Position numbers and translations under genes: made by a program | The notes under the pieces: generated by a model | The model's input: the letters and a program-made list of their open reading frames with translations, nothing else | Database searches by the model: none | Told to the model about the DNA's origin: nothing | In this document: one piece after another, positions 41,817-51,891 of the stretch | Numbering within the stretch: position 1 is the stretch's first letter | How the letters are laid out: the number at the start of each line of letters is the position of its first letter | Assembly: GCA_035352955.1 (NCBI GenBank) | Contig: DAOPYQ010000005.1 | Location: 109,231 to 173,230, forward strand | DNA: 64,000 nt | Origin: Candidatus Omnitrophota bacterium | Lineage (GTDB): Bacteria > Omnitrophota > Omnitrophia > Omnitrophales > Aquincolibacteriaceae | Direction of reading: 5' to 3'

Positions 41817-44171
41817 TTAAGAGAACGATAAAAATCCCAATTTGCCACGAAGGAACGATTCAAGCTCCAGAACCGTTCCGTTTTCTCTGAAACTAAGCGC
41901 TCCCGTAGTTTTCAGATCAAGAAACGTCACGTCCTCGCGGTTTAAAAAACCGGCAAGGTCCGGCTGCGGCTCCGGAAAAACCGCAAGAAGCGGACGCGTT
42001 CGCCTGATCCATTCGCGGAATTCGCCAGGCACCGATCTCCCTTCCGGAGGGAGAAAGACCGCGTGAACGTCCCCATCCCGCGGAACCGCAATCAATTGTT
42101 TAAAAAGTTCGGAATCCAGTTTTGAGATCAACATCACGCGCCACGGACCCGACAGGATCTTCACCGCCATCCCCGAACGGCTCTGGGCGACCACCTCAAT
42201 TGACGCTTTCCCCATCACCGCTCGGTCTCCCGGACGAACGCTCCTCGCCTTTCCGGGAAAAGAACGAAGGATTCCCCAGAAGATCCCGGGGACCGGTGAA
42301 AACGCCCCGGAATAAAGCAGAAAACGCACCGGAAAATCTCTCATCACGGATTGCAACCCTCCCGTACGACTTTGATAAAGATCGGTCAGAAGGATCCCCT
42401 CGAGACTCCGGATGCCGCGGCTGCGGAGATACGGCGCGACGAGCCACTCTCCCTGGTTCGACGGAAAATTTCTCCCCGTATTGATCAGCCAGTGGGCCCC
42501 GTTCGAAAAACGGGCGTGCGCAATCTGGTTCTTTCCCCCGGAGAGGAGCGTCAGGTAAAACCCTTCCGGGCCTAAGGGCCTGAAGAAAGAAACGGTCAGA
42601 GCAAACCAAGCAATGAACACCGCCCCCGTCACCGCCTTTTTTCCTGCAAATTTGAATTTTCTCAAGATCAGAAGACACGCCATGCTTGCGAAATAAAAAA
42701 CCATAAGAAGAAGCGTCGGCTTTTCCAGGAACCAGTATCCCCATCGCCAGATGGAGAGTGCCTTCACCCAAGCAAGCCCCATGGTGAGGAACCAGGAAGA
42801 GAACAGAACGAGCGCCGAATTCAGAAACGGTACCCAACAAAAAAGGAGTGTGAAAAGCCCCGTAAAAAGCGCCGCGTCAAAGACCGGGATGGCCACAAGG
42901 TTTGCGAGGACGCTAATCGGAGAAAAGACGTTAAAGTAATAGATCACCAGCGGAAAGGTTCCTGCGAGAACGGCCATGCTTGACCCGATCGAAAGCGATG
43001 CGATATCCAACCGCCTCGTGAGAGGAACGATCAGAATAAGTGAAAAAACGGACAGAAACGACAGCTGGAACCCGATGTTCCAAAGACTGCCGGGATCCCA
43101 CAGGACGAGTAAAAAGAACGCGAAACAAAGGGCATTCAAAAGATTGGAAGGCCGGCCGGCAAGCGTTCCGAGAAGCGCCAGGATCGCACAATACCCCGCT
43201 CGCTGGACCGGCAAACCCGCCCCCGCAAGCCCCACATAGGCACCCACGATGAAGATCGTCATCATGACCGATGCGCGGCGCGGCAGCCTAAAGAGAAGAA
43301 AGACCAGAAAAAAACTGCCCGCGATCATGGTAATGTTGAGCCCGCTGATCGCAAGAAGATGGACCGTGCCGGTCTTCATGAACTGATCACGCACCTCCGG
43401 AGCGACATCGGTCCGGACCCCGATCACAAGCGCTTTCATGATCGCAGCATGCGCGGGGAGATAAAGCCGGTCGATCAAAACAGCGATCTTCTCCCGCGCG
43501 CCGGCGATCCCGCGAACAAAGACCGGAACCCGTTCCACTGCCAGCCGCCGGACACTTCTGGCCCCAAGCGTCTGGAACACGACACGGATATCCTTTTGCT
43601 CGAGAAATCCGGCATAATCGAACTCCCCGGGATTCAGCGCCTTGTGAGGGATCTCCAACTTCCCGTAAAGGGAGAGCTCGTCCCCCGTTTCCGGAACAAA
43701 GGAAGGCTGGAGCAAAAACGTTTGGACGTTCCCGGTAACCCTGAAGGTCCGCCGCCGGCCTTTTTCATTTTTTGACAAGGTCCGGGCAGTCAATATCAAA
43801 GACACGGTGACTTTTTTCCCTCGCGCTTTGAGCTCCGGGAGCGAACTCACGACCCCGGTAAGTTTCACGCGCTCCTCACCCGCAAAATTCCATACCGCAT
43901 CCGGCCATTGCCGCCCATCCCGTTGCGCCCACAGAGATCCCGCCGAGGCCATCACGACCAAAAACAATGGCAGGGATATTTTCCGCCCGCGGAAGATCAG
44001 AAGGAGGATCATCCCCGCGCCGAAAATCCCGAGCAAGAACCCGCAGGACACCGTAACGTATTTCTCGAAAATGATCCCGGAGGTAAAACCCGCAGCGATC
44101 CAGAGAAACGGCAATCTCATAATATGGTTATTATACACCATTATTATGATTAAAAACGAACTGCTAAACAC
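41817..44171 (-). CDS. comEC: ComEC/Rec2-family DNA internalisation channel protein
   Basis: Multi-TM protein with the ComEC competence core (FLLVLWDPGSLWNIGFQLSFLSVFSLILIVPL). The C-terminal region is a degenerate metallo-beta-lactamase-like domain. The start may be the internal Met at ~44120. Confidence 0.65.
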   Translation of the reverse strand: MFSSSFLIIIMVYNNHIMRLPFLWIAAGFTSGIIFEKYVTVSCGFLLGIFGAGMILLLIFRGRKISLPLFLVVMASAGSLWAQRDGRQWPDAVWNFAGEERVKLTGVVSSLPELKARGKKVTVSLILTARTLSKNEKGRRRTFRVTGNVQTFLLQPSFVPETGDELSLYGKLEIPHKALNPGEFDYAGFLEQKDIRVVFQTLGARSVRRLAVERVPVFVRGIAGAREKIAVLIDRLYLPAHAAIMKALVIGVRTDVAPEVRDQFMKTGTVHLLAISGLNITMIAGSFFLVFLLFRLPRRASVMMTIFIVGAYVGLAGAGLPVQRAGYCAILALLGTLAGRPSNLLNALCFAFFLLVLWDPGSLWNIGFQLSFLSVFSLILIVPLTRRLDIASLSIGSSMAVLAGTFPLVIYYFNVFSPISVLANLVAIPVFDAALFTGLFTLLFCWVPFLNSALVLFSSWFLTMGLAWVKALSIWRWGYWFLEKPTLLLMVFYFASMACLLILRKFKFAGKKAVTGAVFIAWFALTVSFFRPLGPEGFYLTLLSGGKNQIAHARFSNGAHWLINTGRNFPSNQGEWLVAPYLRSRGIRSLEGILLTDLYQSRTGGLQSVMRDFPVRFLLYSGAFSPVPGIFWGILRSFPGKARSVRPGDRAVMGKASIEVVAQSRSGMAVKILSGPWRVMLISKLDSELFKQLIAVPRDGDVHAVFLPPEGRSVPGEFREWIRRTRPLLAVFPEPQPDLAGFLNREDVTFLDLKTTGALSFRENGTVLELESFLRGKLGFLSFS

Positions 44172-44229
44172 TAAAAATGACGCCTCTCACAGAAGGAATT
44201 ATAAAAAAACATTTCAGGAAGGATGGAGA

Positions 44230-44781
44230 TCAATGAAGCGTAAGAAGGACTTCTTTTCCCTGAACGTCGAGACGGACCAAGTCTTTCCCCACACTCTTAA
44301 CAAAAGCCTTTCCGGAGAGAACATCCCCCTCGCCCACGATCCTGCCGTCAATGATCGCGACACTTCGGGGACCCAAATTCGTGATCCCCGTCAGGCGGAA
44401 CGAAACCTTAACGAAGGTGTTCTGGAAAACCTGAGGCCTCGGCGCCGAAACTGCAACTGGAGCCGGAACAGACGCGGGGGCCGGAGCAGGAATCACCGCC
44501 ACAGCTTCACGGAGAACAGGGCGCGGAGGCACCGGACTCTTTCGAACCGAATCCATGGAATAAAAAATAATCCCCGCGAGCAAAATACAGGCGCACCCGA
44601 CGCCGGCGATCCAGTAAAATTTTTGGCGCCTCGAATAGGCTTGCTGGACGCGTGTGAGCTCCTGCTCAAGTTGTCCCCCCATCGGATCACGCTGCCACGG
44701 TTTCGGAGCAGACGGCGTAACACGGATAAGCGTTTCCTGGGCACGGTTCGTTTTATCAAGCGCCTGCTGGATCAGACTCAC
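44230..44781 (-). CDS. GspB/ExeB-like membrane protein (partner of ExeA)
   Basis: 183 aa with one TM helix (FYWIAGVGCACILLAGIIFYS) and a Pro/Ala-rich periplasmic part. Its start overlaps the upstream ExeA-like gene's stop by 4 nt (ATGA). Confidence 0.4.
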   Translation of the reverse strand: MSLIQQALDKTNRAQETLIRVTPSAPKPWQRDPMGGQLEQELTRVQQAYSRRQKFYWIAGVGCACILLAGIIFYSMDSVRKSPVPPRPVLREAVAVIPAPAPASVPAPVAVSAPRPQVFQNTFVKVSFRLTGITNLGPRSVAIIDGRIVGEGDVLSGKAFVKSVGKDLVRLDVQGKEVLLTLH

Positions 44782-45587
44782 GCGGCCACTCCTTGAAGAT
44801 CGGCTTCCGCGAACTCCACCATTTCCGCGCTGATATCAAGGGAATTCCGGATAAAGGCCGCGAGCATGGCGCGGTCCGCGAGAATATTGATAACGCGCGG
44901 GATCCCCGACGAGAGCTCATAAATGCGCTTCACCGCATCGAGACCAAAAAAGTCGCGCGCCGCACCCGCCACATGGAGTCGATGGCTGAGATACTGCCCG
45001 ATCTCTTCGAGACTGAGCTCGGGGAGATGGCACCGCACCGCGACCCGCTGCTTCAACTGCTTCAGGTCCTTGCGATTCAAAAGGTCATGGAGCTCCGGCT
45101 GCCCCATCAGGATGATCTGCAAAAGCTTTTGCGTGGTGGTCTCAAGATTCGAAAGAAGACGGATCTGCTCAAGCGCCCTGGGCGGCAACAGCTGCGCCTC
45201 ATCAATGATCACGACGGCGTTGAATCCTTTCGCGCTCTCATCGAGAAGGAACCGGTTTAATACGTCGAAATAGTCCTTGCGCCTGCGAGCCTTCGGCTGA
45301 AGGCCAAAATCCTCGACCACTACTTGCAGAAGCTCCATCTCCGAAAGCTTGGGATTAAAGACCAAAGAGCTGTGAACGTTCTCGCCCAGCTGTTGCAAGA
45401 ACATCCGTGAGAGGGTCGTCTTGCCGGCACCGATCTCCCCGGTGATCTGAATGAAACCGCTCCGCCGCTGAAGCCCGTAGTGCATGGCAGACAGTGCGGC
45501 CTGGTGGTGGCGGCTCAAATAGACAAAGCGGGGGTCCGGAGTGACATTGAAGGGAGATTCCCGTAATCCAAAAAAAGGTTCGTACAT
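44778..45587 (-). CDS. ExeA/GspA-family AAA+ ATPase (secretin-assembly helper; AAA_22-like)
   Basis: PFNVTPDPRFVYLSRHHQAALSAMHYGLQRRSGFIQITGEIGAGKTTLSRMF gives Walker A GxxGxGKT, and VVIIDEAQLL gives Walker B. Domain order is typical of ExeA/MshM. Confidence 0.6.
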   Translation of the reverse strand: MYEPFFGLRESPFNVTPDPRFVYLSRHHQAALSAMHYGLQRRSGFIQITGEIGAGKTTLSRMFLQQLGENVHSSLVFNPKLSEMELLQVVVEDFGLQPKARRRKDYFDVLNRFLLDESAKGFNAVVIIDEAQLLPPRALEQIRLLSNLETTTQKLLQIILMGQPELHDLLNRKDLKQLKQRVAVRCHLPELSLEEIGQYLSHRLHVAGAARDFFGLDAVKRIYELSSGIPRVINILADRAMLAAFIRNSLDISAEMVEFAEADLQGVAA

Positions 45588-45679
45588 CGCGTTCCCTCGT
45601 GAAAGTGCGGTGCTTTCTCTCTTAGATGAACGGCAGATGCGGAAGGAATCTTAAGGAGGGTTTTGGAAAAACGAAGACG

Positions 45680-47725
45680 CTAATCTTTGGAGAAAGTAAA
45701 CTCCAGGATCCGGCCGTCTTTGCGGGCGATATGGATATCCAGCGGATGGCGCCGTTCTCTCGAATAAACGGTCTTCCCTCCCGCCATCAGGTCACGGGCG
45801 GTCATTTTCCCCGAAATCTTCTCCAGGGCCGGAAGACAGATCATGGCGCTCTTATCCTCGTTCCCGTTGTTGACGACGACGAGATAATACCGTTTCCCGC
45901 GGCGGAAAAGTGCCGTTTTCACGTCCTTGGTGAGAGAATAACTGACCAGACAGACCTTGAGATGCTTCAGAACCGCCAGGACAAGGTCCGGCGTCGGTTC
46001 CATCCCGAGATGCACGATCCGGCCCTTGCCGACCTTTTTGATGTAGCCGACCGTCTGCGTGCCGTAAGAACCGAGGTTCACCCGGATCTTCTCGCACCCC
46101 TGGCCCCTGAAAATGTAAACCGAACTTGTCACCGGCACCGGTTCATCGGTTTTGTTTAGAGAGATCTTGAACTGCCGCTTAAATTCGAAGAGCGTCCGCT
46201 CCGGTTCCTCGAACCCGATGACCTGGTAAGGCTCGAAGTTATCGTTCTTCCTCGGGAACGACCGGAACGCCACAAGCGTCCCTCCCTGTTCGACGTACCG
46301 GCGAAGATTCTGATGGGCCTCCTTGGTAAGCCACTGGTTCCCGGAGTAAAAGAGAACCTCCTTTTGCGGGACGGGATACCGGGGATCACAAACATCATAA
46401 TCCACATCCGCCTGATACAGCGCGACCAGGATCGGGCTGTTGTGCGTCAGCGTCCGCGCGGCGTGCTGGATCGGGTTGAACGTGACCGCGATCTCGGTGA
46501 GTTTGGTCAGGGACGGCGGATTCAGCTGTTTGAACGCAGAAACGATCTGTTTAAAAACGTCGTAGAGCTCTCCGCGCACGCGGCCCCATTCATTGATCGG
46601 CGACATGTACCAGTTGTCGCGGTTCACGAGCATGTACCAGTTCCATCCTTTGACGCCCGCGAGAAACGCCGAAAGACAGATCATCCGGTAATGGTTCGGC
46701 GTGAGCACGCTGGTCTCGTAATGCCGGCCGTGCCAGATCCCGGACTGGAATTCCGCGATAAAAGGAAGCTTGGAAACGCTCGCGAGGTAACGGATCTTGT
46801 CGCAGAGCTTCCGGTGCTCGAACGCGTCTTCCGCGAGTTCATTGGAAGGATAAAGGTCCAGACCGATCAGGTCCGAGACCTTCTGAAATTCCACCCAATC
46901 ATGCGCATAAAAGAACGGGTATGTATTAAGGTAGACCGGGATATCGATCCCGAGATCCCGATAAGCCTGGATGCTCCATTTCGCGCATTGCGCGGAGTAG
47001 CGGTACTTGAACTTGAAGTAATCGAGATGGCGCTTAAGCTCCCGGTCACCCTTGAGCGGAAGCCCCATCTCCCCGGGAAGCATCGTCGCGATAAAAGGCG
47101 AAGCTTCGCGGAACGACCCGTAGTGCGTGTCCCAAGCCTCGTTCAGCGCCTGAAGATCCCCCTTGTACAGGTCCTTGATGAAATCCTGAAAAAGGCCGGG
47201 CTTGGCCGAAAGACCGTACTGGTGACCGAACACATCCGGCCAGGGATCGATCTCATTGTCCGCCTGCAGCAGGATAATATGGCCGCTTTTCCGGGAAGCA
47301 AGGTACGGTTTAAAAACCTTCGTCACCTGCCTGAGATACTCCGCGGCATACGCCAGAAACTTCGGATGAAGGCGGTGGTATTTATAAGCATAATCGGGAA
47401 CACCGTCGTGGGGCCACTCGCTGTAGATGTACGGCCCGGGCCGGATGATAAGCCAAAAACCTTCCTTGCGGGTCAGGTTAAGAAAGCCCTTGAGATTACG
47501 GGCCTCGTCCGTCTTTCCCGTAAAATCAAAATGGCCGCGCTTGTACTCATGAAAATCCCACGGCACGTACGTGGAGATAATGCTAATCCCCATCTCCCTG
47601 ACTTTGCCGAGAACTTCTTTCCAGTAATGCGGATTGAGACGCCAGTAGTGGACTTCCCCGGAGATAAGAGGAATTTCTTTTTTGCCGACCAGGATCTTTT
47701 GACCTTTGATCTCGACTTTAGGCAT
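45680..47725 (-). CDS. glycoside hydrolase family 35 (beta-galactosidase-like)
   Basis: [70 protein letters not shown]...[22 protein letters not shown] matches the GH35 N-terminal TIM-barrel signature. The ORF-track N-terminal 120 aa are an over-extension into leuS. The ATG overlaps the leuS stop (ATGCCTAA). Confidence 0.6.
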   Translation of the reverse strand: MPKVEIKGQKILVGKKEIPLISGEVHYWRLNPHYWKEVLGKVREMGISIISTYVPWDFHEYKRGHFDFTGKTDEARNLKGFLNLTRKEGFWLIIRPGPYIYSEWPHDGVPDYAYKYHRLHPKFLAYAAEYLRQVTKVFKPYLASRKSGHIILLQADNEIDPWPDVFGHQYGLSAKPGLFQDFIKDLYKGDLQALNEAWDTHYGSFREASPFIATMLPGEMGLPLKGDRELKRHLDYFKFKYRYSAQCAKWSIQAYRDLGIDIPVYLNTYPFFYAHDWVEFQKVSDLIGLDLYPSNELAEDAFEHRKLCDKIRYLASVSKLPFIAEFQSGIWHGRHYETSVLTPNHYRMICLSAFLAGVKGWNWYMLVNRDNWYMSPINEWGRVRGELYDVFKQIVSAFKQLNPPSLTKLTEIAVTFNPIQHAARTLTHNSPILVALYQADVDYDVCDPRYPVPQKEVLFYSGNQWLTKEAHQNLRRYVEQGGTLVAFRSFPRKNDNFEPYQVIGFEEPERTLFEFKRQFKISLNKTDEPVPVTSSVYIFRGQGCEKIRVNLGSYGTQTVGYIKKVGKGRIVHLGMEPTPDLVLAVLKHLKVCLVSYSLTKDVKTALFRRGKRYYLVVVNNGNEDKSAMICLPALEKISGKMTARDLMAGGKTVYSRERRHPLDIHIARKDGRILEFTFSKD

Positions 47726-50201
47726 CCGCCACCACAAGGTTGATCGTGCGCCCCGGAATGATAATGACCTTTTTGAGGACCTTTCCCTCGAGACATTCCC
47801 TGACGCGGGGCTGCTCCAGCGCCTGCTGTTTGATCGCTTCTTCGCTCTGTCCATGAGAAACGACCATTTTGGCACGAACTTTACCCGCAACAAGAACCGC
47901 CATCTCGACCTGGTCCTCCACAAGATACTTTTCATCGAACTGAGGCCAGGCCTCGTAGGCAAGGGTCTTCTCGTGTCCGAGACGGCTCCAGAGTTCCTCT
48001 GCCAGATGCGGAGCGAAGGGCGCGAGCAGCAGCAGGAATTTTTCGAGAACTTCCCGCGCATGATCGGAATGCGGAGAAACTTCATTCACGAAGATCATGA
48101 GAGCCGAGATCGCGGTATTGAATCGCATCGCCTCCATGTCCTCCGTCACCTTCTTCACCGCCTGATGCAAGGCCTTCAACTCAATGGCGGTCGCCGGACG
48201 ATCGAGAACATTCGCATGAAGCTTGTCCTCCCTGTCGATGAAAAGCCTCCAGGCACGTCCGAGGAATCGGTACACGCCCTCCACGCCGGCGGTAGACCAG
48301 GGTTTCACCATCTCAAGCGGCCCCATGAACATTTCGTACAGGCGGAACGCATCCGCACCGTACTGCCGGACAACATCGTCGGGATTGACCACATTCCCGC
48401 GGGACTTGGACATTTTCTGGTTGTCTTCACCAAGGATCATCCCCTGGTTGACGAGCTTCTTAAAAGGTTCTTTCGTTGAAACGTGCCCGAGATCGAACAA
48501 GACCTTGTGCCAGAAACGGGAGTAAAGAAGATGCAGGACCGCGTGTTCCGCGCCCCCCACATAAAGATCGACCGGCATCCAGTATTTTTCCTTGTCCTTC
48601 GCGACAAATGCCCGACCGTTCTTCGGGTCCATGTACCGAAGATAGTACCAGCACGACCCCGCCCACTGCGGCATCGTGTTGGTCTCGCGCTTGCCAGCCG
48701 CGCCGCATTTCGGGCATTTGCAATTCACCCAATCCACAGCCTTGGCGAGCGGCGGCTCGGCGGATTCCAACGGTTTGTAATCCGTCATCTCGGGAAGCCT
48801 GAGCGGAAGTTCGCTTTCCGGAACCGGAACCGTTCCGCAGGTTTTGCAATGCACGATCGGGATCGGTTCGCCCCAGTAACGCTGCCGTGAAAAAAGCCAG
48901 TCACGGAGCTTGTACTGCACGCTCCCCTTGCCGAGGCCTTTTTGTTCCAGCCACGCCGTAATCCTCTTTTTCGCCTCGGGAGTGGCAAGTCCCGTGATCG
49001 AAACTTCGGACCCTGTCGAATTCACGGAAATGCCGTCCTCCACAAATCCCTTCCAATCGATCTTCGGATCCTCCGGCTGGACAACCTGGATCACGGGAAG
49101 ATCGAACTTCTCGGCAAATTCGAAATCGCGGGTGTCATGCGCCGGCACGGCCATGATCGCGCCGGTGCCGTAACCCATCATCACGTAATCCGAGGTCCAG
49201 ACCGGGATCTTCTGTCCGTTGACGGGATTGACCGCATGGGCCCCCGTAAAAACCCCGGTTTTTTCTTTTTCAAGTTGGGTGCGTTCGAGCTCGCTCTTCC
49301 TCGAAGCCCGGAGGCAATAATCCGTGACCTCCTTTTTCCGGTCCGGAGTCGTGAGCTTCACAACAAAAGGATGCTCCGGCGAAACGACCATGTAGGTCGC
49401 GCCAAAAAGTGTGTCGGGCCTCGTGGTAAAAACGCGGAGTTTTTCGCCCTGTGCGGGGCCGTCCGCGACCGCGAAATCAACTTCCGCGCCTTCGCTGCGG
49501 CCGATCCAGTTCCGCTGCATCTCCTTGATCGCTTCCGACCAGTCGACGAGCTCGAGGTCTTTTAAAAGTCGTTCCGCATAAGCCGTGATCTTCAGGACCC
49601 ACTGCCGAAGCGGCCGGCGGTAAACGTTTTTATGCCCCTTGCGATCGCAGGTGCCGTCCGCGCCGACTTCTTCATTCGCAAGCACCGCTTTGCATCCGTC
49701 GCACCACCACACCGGAACTTCAGCTTCATACGCCAGCCCCTGTTTGTAGATCTGGAGAAAGATCCACTGCGTCCATTTGAAATAGTTCGGGTCGGTCGTG
49801 TCGACTTCGCGGTCCCAGTCGTAGCTGAAACCGAGCATCTGGATCTGCCTGCGGAACGTATCGATATTCTTTTTTGTGGTGACGGCCGGATGGGTCCCGG
49901 TGTCGATCGCGTACTGTTCCGCGGGAAGGCCGAACGCGTCCCACCCCATCGGGTGAAGCACGTTGAATCCGCGCATCCGCTTGAAACGGGCAAGGATATC
50001 GGTGGCGGTGTAACCTTCGGGGTGACCGACGTGGAGACCCGCGCCGGAAGGATACGGGAACATATCAAGGATGTAATATTTGGGTTTACCGCCGCAGGGT
50101 TCCCCCGGATCCGGGGAACGGAAGGTCTTATGCTCAAGCCAGTAGGCCTGCCACTTTTTCTCGAACTCATCGAAGGGATACGCTTTGAATCCGCTTGCCA
50201 T
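47718..50201 (-). CDS. leuS: leucyl-tRNA synthetase
   Basis: [27 protein letters not shown]...[22 protein letters not shown] (HIGH)...KMSKSRGN (KMSKS), full LeuS architecture. The ORF-track N-terminal 41 aa are encoded by the duplicated tRNA-flanking repeat and are not real. Confidence 0.9.
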   Translation of the reverse strand: MASGFKAYPFDEFEKKWQAYWLEHKTFRSPDPGEPCGGKPKYYILDMFPYPSGAGLHVGHPEGYTATDILARFKRMRGFNVLHPMGWDAFGLPAEQYAIDTGTHPAVTTKKNIDTFRRQIQMLGFSYDWDREVDTTDPNYFKWTQWIFLQIYKQGLAYEAEVPVWWCDGCKAVLANEEVGADGTCDRKGHKNVYRRPLRQWVLKITAYAERLLKDLELVDWSEAIKEMQRNWIGRSEGAEVDFAVADGPAQGEKLRVFTTRPDTLFGATYMVVSPEHPFVVKLTTPDRKKEVTDYCLRASRKSELERTQLEKEKTGVFTGAHAVNPVNGQKIPVWTSDYVMMGYGTGAIMAVPAHDTRDFEFAEKFDLPVIQVVQPEDPKIDWKGFVEDGISVNSTGSEVSITGLATPEAKKRITAWLEQKGLGKGSVQYKLRDWLFSRQRYWGEPIPIVHCKTCGTVPVPESELPLRLPEMTDYKPLESAEPPLAKAVDWVNCKCPKCGAAGKRETNTMPQWAGSCWYYLRYMDPKNGRAFVAKDKEKYWMPVDLYVGGAEHAVLHLLYSRFWHKVLFDLGHVSTKEPFKKLVNQGMILGEDNQKMSKSRGNVVNPDDVVRQYGADAFRLYEMFMGPLEMVKPWSTAGVEGVYRFLGRAWRLFIDREDKLHANVLDRPATAIELKALHQAVKKVTEDMEAMRFNTAISALMIFVNEVSPHSDHAREVLEKFLLLLAPFAPHLAEELWSRLGHEKTLAYEAWPQFDEKYLVEDQVEMAVLVAGKVRAKMVVSHGQSEEAIKQQALEQPRVRECLEGKVLKKVIIIPGRTINLVVADA

Positions 50202-50220
50202 ATTTTTTAAATCCCCCGGA

Positions 50221-50309
50221 TCGACTCCCGACCGTAGCCATAAACGCTTTTCTTGATCGTCATGGCGTTGTACCGAATTCTTGGAATTCAGTGCGAGAGG
50301 AGGGAGTCG
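50221..50309. repeat. 89-bp direct repeat copy B (includes a duplicate of the last 18 nt of tRNA-Leu)
   Basis: tcgactcccgaccgtagccataaacgcttttcttgatcgtcatggcgttgtaccgaattcttggaattcagtgcgagaggagggagtcg versus copy A at 50477..50565: 84/89 identical. Confidence 0.7.
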
Positions 50310-50434
50310 GCGCCTTCCGCTCACTTTGTTTCGCTTCAGGTCGGCACTGACACCCCATTAAATTTGAATGGATTGTTAGTGCCGTCCCAACAATCCCTTA
50401 AAAATAATTGTCGGTTGGGGCGGCCACCCGCGCT

Positions 50435-50461
50435 ACAAACATGACAGAAAGTCATGTTTGT
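50435..50461. repeat. perfect 11-bp-stem palindrome (acaaacatgac-agaaa-gtcatgtttgt) inside the 167-bp segment between the direct repeats
   Basis: Seen directly in the sequence; no flanking T-tract on either strand. Confidence 0.6.
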
Positions 50462-50476
50462 AATCAAACGCTCCCT

Positions 50477-50565
50477 TCGACTCCCGACCGTAGCCATAGA
50501 CGATTTCATTGATCGTCATGGCGTTGTACTGAATTCTTGGAATTCAGTGCGAGAGGAGGGAGTCG
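50477..50565. repeat. 89-bp direct repeat copy A (overlaps the genuine 3' end of tRNA-Leu plus 71 nt downstream)
   Basis: See copy B. Confidence 0.7.
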
Positions 50566-50633
50566 AACCCTCATGGTGTTTGAGCACCGCTGGATTTTGA
50601 GTCCAGTACGTCTGCCAGTTCCGTCACTCTCGC
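50548..50633 (-). tRNA. tRNA-Leu (anticodon CAA), type II with long variable arm
   Basis: Reverse complement GCGAGAGTGACGGAACTGGCAGACGTACTGGACTCAAAATCCAGCGGTGCTCAAACACCATGAGGGTTCGACTCCCTCCTCTCGCA. It has a 7-bp acceptor stem, anticodon loop CUCAAAA, T-loop GGTTCGACTCC and discriminator A. CCA is not encoded. Confidence 0.85.
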
Positions 50634-50657
50634 AATTATACCGGAAAGGATAAAAAC

Positions 50658-50730
50658 TGGACCGGAAGGGGATCGAACCCATGACCTCCACAATGCCATT
50701 GTGGCGCTCTCCCAGCTGAGCTACCGGCCC
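50658..50730 (-). tRNA. tRNA-Ala (anticodon GGC)
   Basis: Reverse complement GGGCCGGTAGCTCAGCTGGGAGAGCGCCACAATGGCATTGTGGAGGTCATGGGTTCGATCCCCTTCCGGTCCA. It has the G3:U70 Ala identity pair, anticodon loop AUGGCAU and T-loop GGTTCGATCC. Confidence 0.85.
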
Positions 50731-51219
50731 ACGCAAATTGAAAAAAACAAGCCCGACCTGCGTGAAGAGCGGGTATTCTACTGAAGAAGGCTGGAATTTA
50801 CAAGAAAGGTTTCGAAACACCTTGCAATCACTTTCAAAAAACCTTCCTCTTTTTCGAAATCACAGAAACGTGTGGCCTGCCGGTCAGTTCACCGTTACCG
50901 CTCCCCTTTTAAGAGCACTCACCGGATCCGGCATTCCATGCGCCGGTCAAACAAGGCCCCTCAATCCAGATCTCGCCCTTGCTCACGAGGGCCGCATTGC
51001 CGTTCACGGGCTTCACGGGGAGTGTCAAAGCGTGATTCGTTTTCAGATCCTTTTACTGCCCGTCCGGCGCGGGATAATAGGTCGGAAGCTCCGCTTTGCC
51101 GGCATACGCTAACGGCGGCATCGTCAACAATGCCAGGCCGACCCAAACCGTCCTAAGATCAATCTTCAACATACCGGCCTCCCGTTGGTATTAACTCCCG
51201 CGCAAAGGCACGGATAAAA

Positions 51220-51561
51220 TTAAAAGAAAGTTTCGGGATCGAGCGGAAAACCGTCCTGCTGACCGGGGACCGCGGCAAAAAGAACGTCCCACGCCCCGCA
51301 GGCGTACCGTGTCACGGTCCGGAAAAACCCGTCAAAAAACCCCGCCGTATCGCGGAACAAACGCGGATTGCCGTCATTTTTCTGGTCATATCGCTGGATG
51401 GTGGAAGGAAGTTCCCAGGGAGCTCCGGCAAGATTTTTGACCCCGCGGGTGAGGGTCCTCCCAAGTTGGGTGAGATAGCCCGGTTCCTCGGCCGCAAACG
51501 CCCCGGGAACAGATAAACCCATTGTTAAAACAAGGATCAAAACGCTCATGACACGTCGCAT
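51220..51561 (-). CDS. small secreted protein resembling the exosortase-system-associated TIGR04073 family
   Basis: Signal peptide MRRVMSVLILVLTMGLSVPGAFA. The motif LTRGVKNLAGAPWELPSTI resembles the family's conserved G..N...GW.E.P core. Confidence 0.35.
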   Translation of the reverse strand: MRRVMSVLILVLTMGLSVPGAFAAEEPGYLTQLGRTLTRGVKNLAGAPWELPSTIQRYDQKNDGNPRLFRDTAGFFDGFFRTVTRYACGAWDVLFAAVPGQQDGFPLDPETFF

Positions 51562-51683
51562 CCGGATCTCCTTTTGCCCCCAGGGCATCGCTTCAAAACT
51601 CAAACAAATTTAAAGTTTTATCCCGCCAACGCCGATGACTCTTATGCGTCAAAGGTGAGTCAACCCGTACTGGAGAGTGAACT

Positions 51684-51875
51684 ATGAAATCGGCCTATAT
51701 TTGTCCCGCATGCCAGTGGTCCGGCAGTGAGTCCAATTTCGTTACCAAAATCCTCTCCATCATGTACCGGCCCAAGCACGACAATATCCAGGCCTTCAAG
51801 CAGATCAAATGCCCCAAGTGCCACAATCTCGTAACGATCATCTTCGAGACGCTCGACGGCACGATCGTAAAATAA
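51684..51875 (+). CDS. small zinc-ribbon protein (CPxC...CPKC), hypothetical
   Basis: 63 aa: MKSAYICPACQWSGSESNF...IKCPKCHNLV has two Cys pairs. GGAGAG lies 6 nt upstream of the ATG. Confidence 0.4.
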   Translation: MKSAYICPACQWSGSESNFVTKILSIMYRPKHDNIQAFKQIKCPKCHNLVTIIFETLDGTIVK

Positions 51876-51891
51876 TCTCCGGGGGCTTCCT

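Noticed and set aside
47726-48085. N-terminal 120 aa of the ORF-track GH35 entry, and the analogous upstream extensions of leuS (50202..50324), mscL (57594..57701), yciH (63048..63236), acpS (53078..53335), rpsT (36754..36816) and rsmH (~60031..60309)
   Set aside because: These are over-extensions to the most upstream in-frame ATG. They overlap neighbouring genes or repeats, and the conserved N-termini of the respective families begin at the internal starts used here.
33723-48479. Long plus-strand ORFs antisense to uvrC (33723..35000), the BamD-like gene (38660..40039, 40718..41695), GH35 (46313..47743) and leuS (47706..48479)
   Set aside because: The opposite strand carries well-supported genes. 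These are antisense artefacts of high GC content.
50221-50565. Prophage or integrative-element insertion at tRNA-Leu
   Set aside because: Direct repeats of the tRNA 3' end are present, but only 167 bp lie between them and no integrase or other mobile-element genes are in the window. Reported as a scar or miniature element, not as a mobile element.
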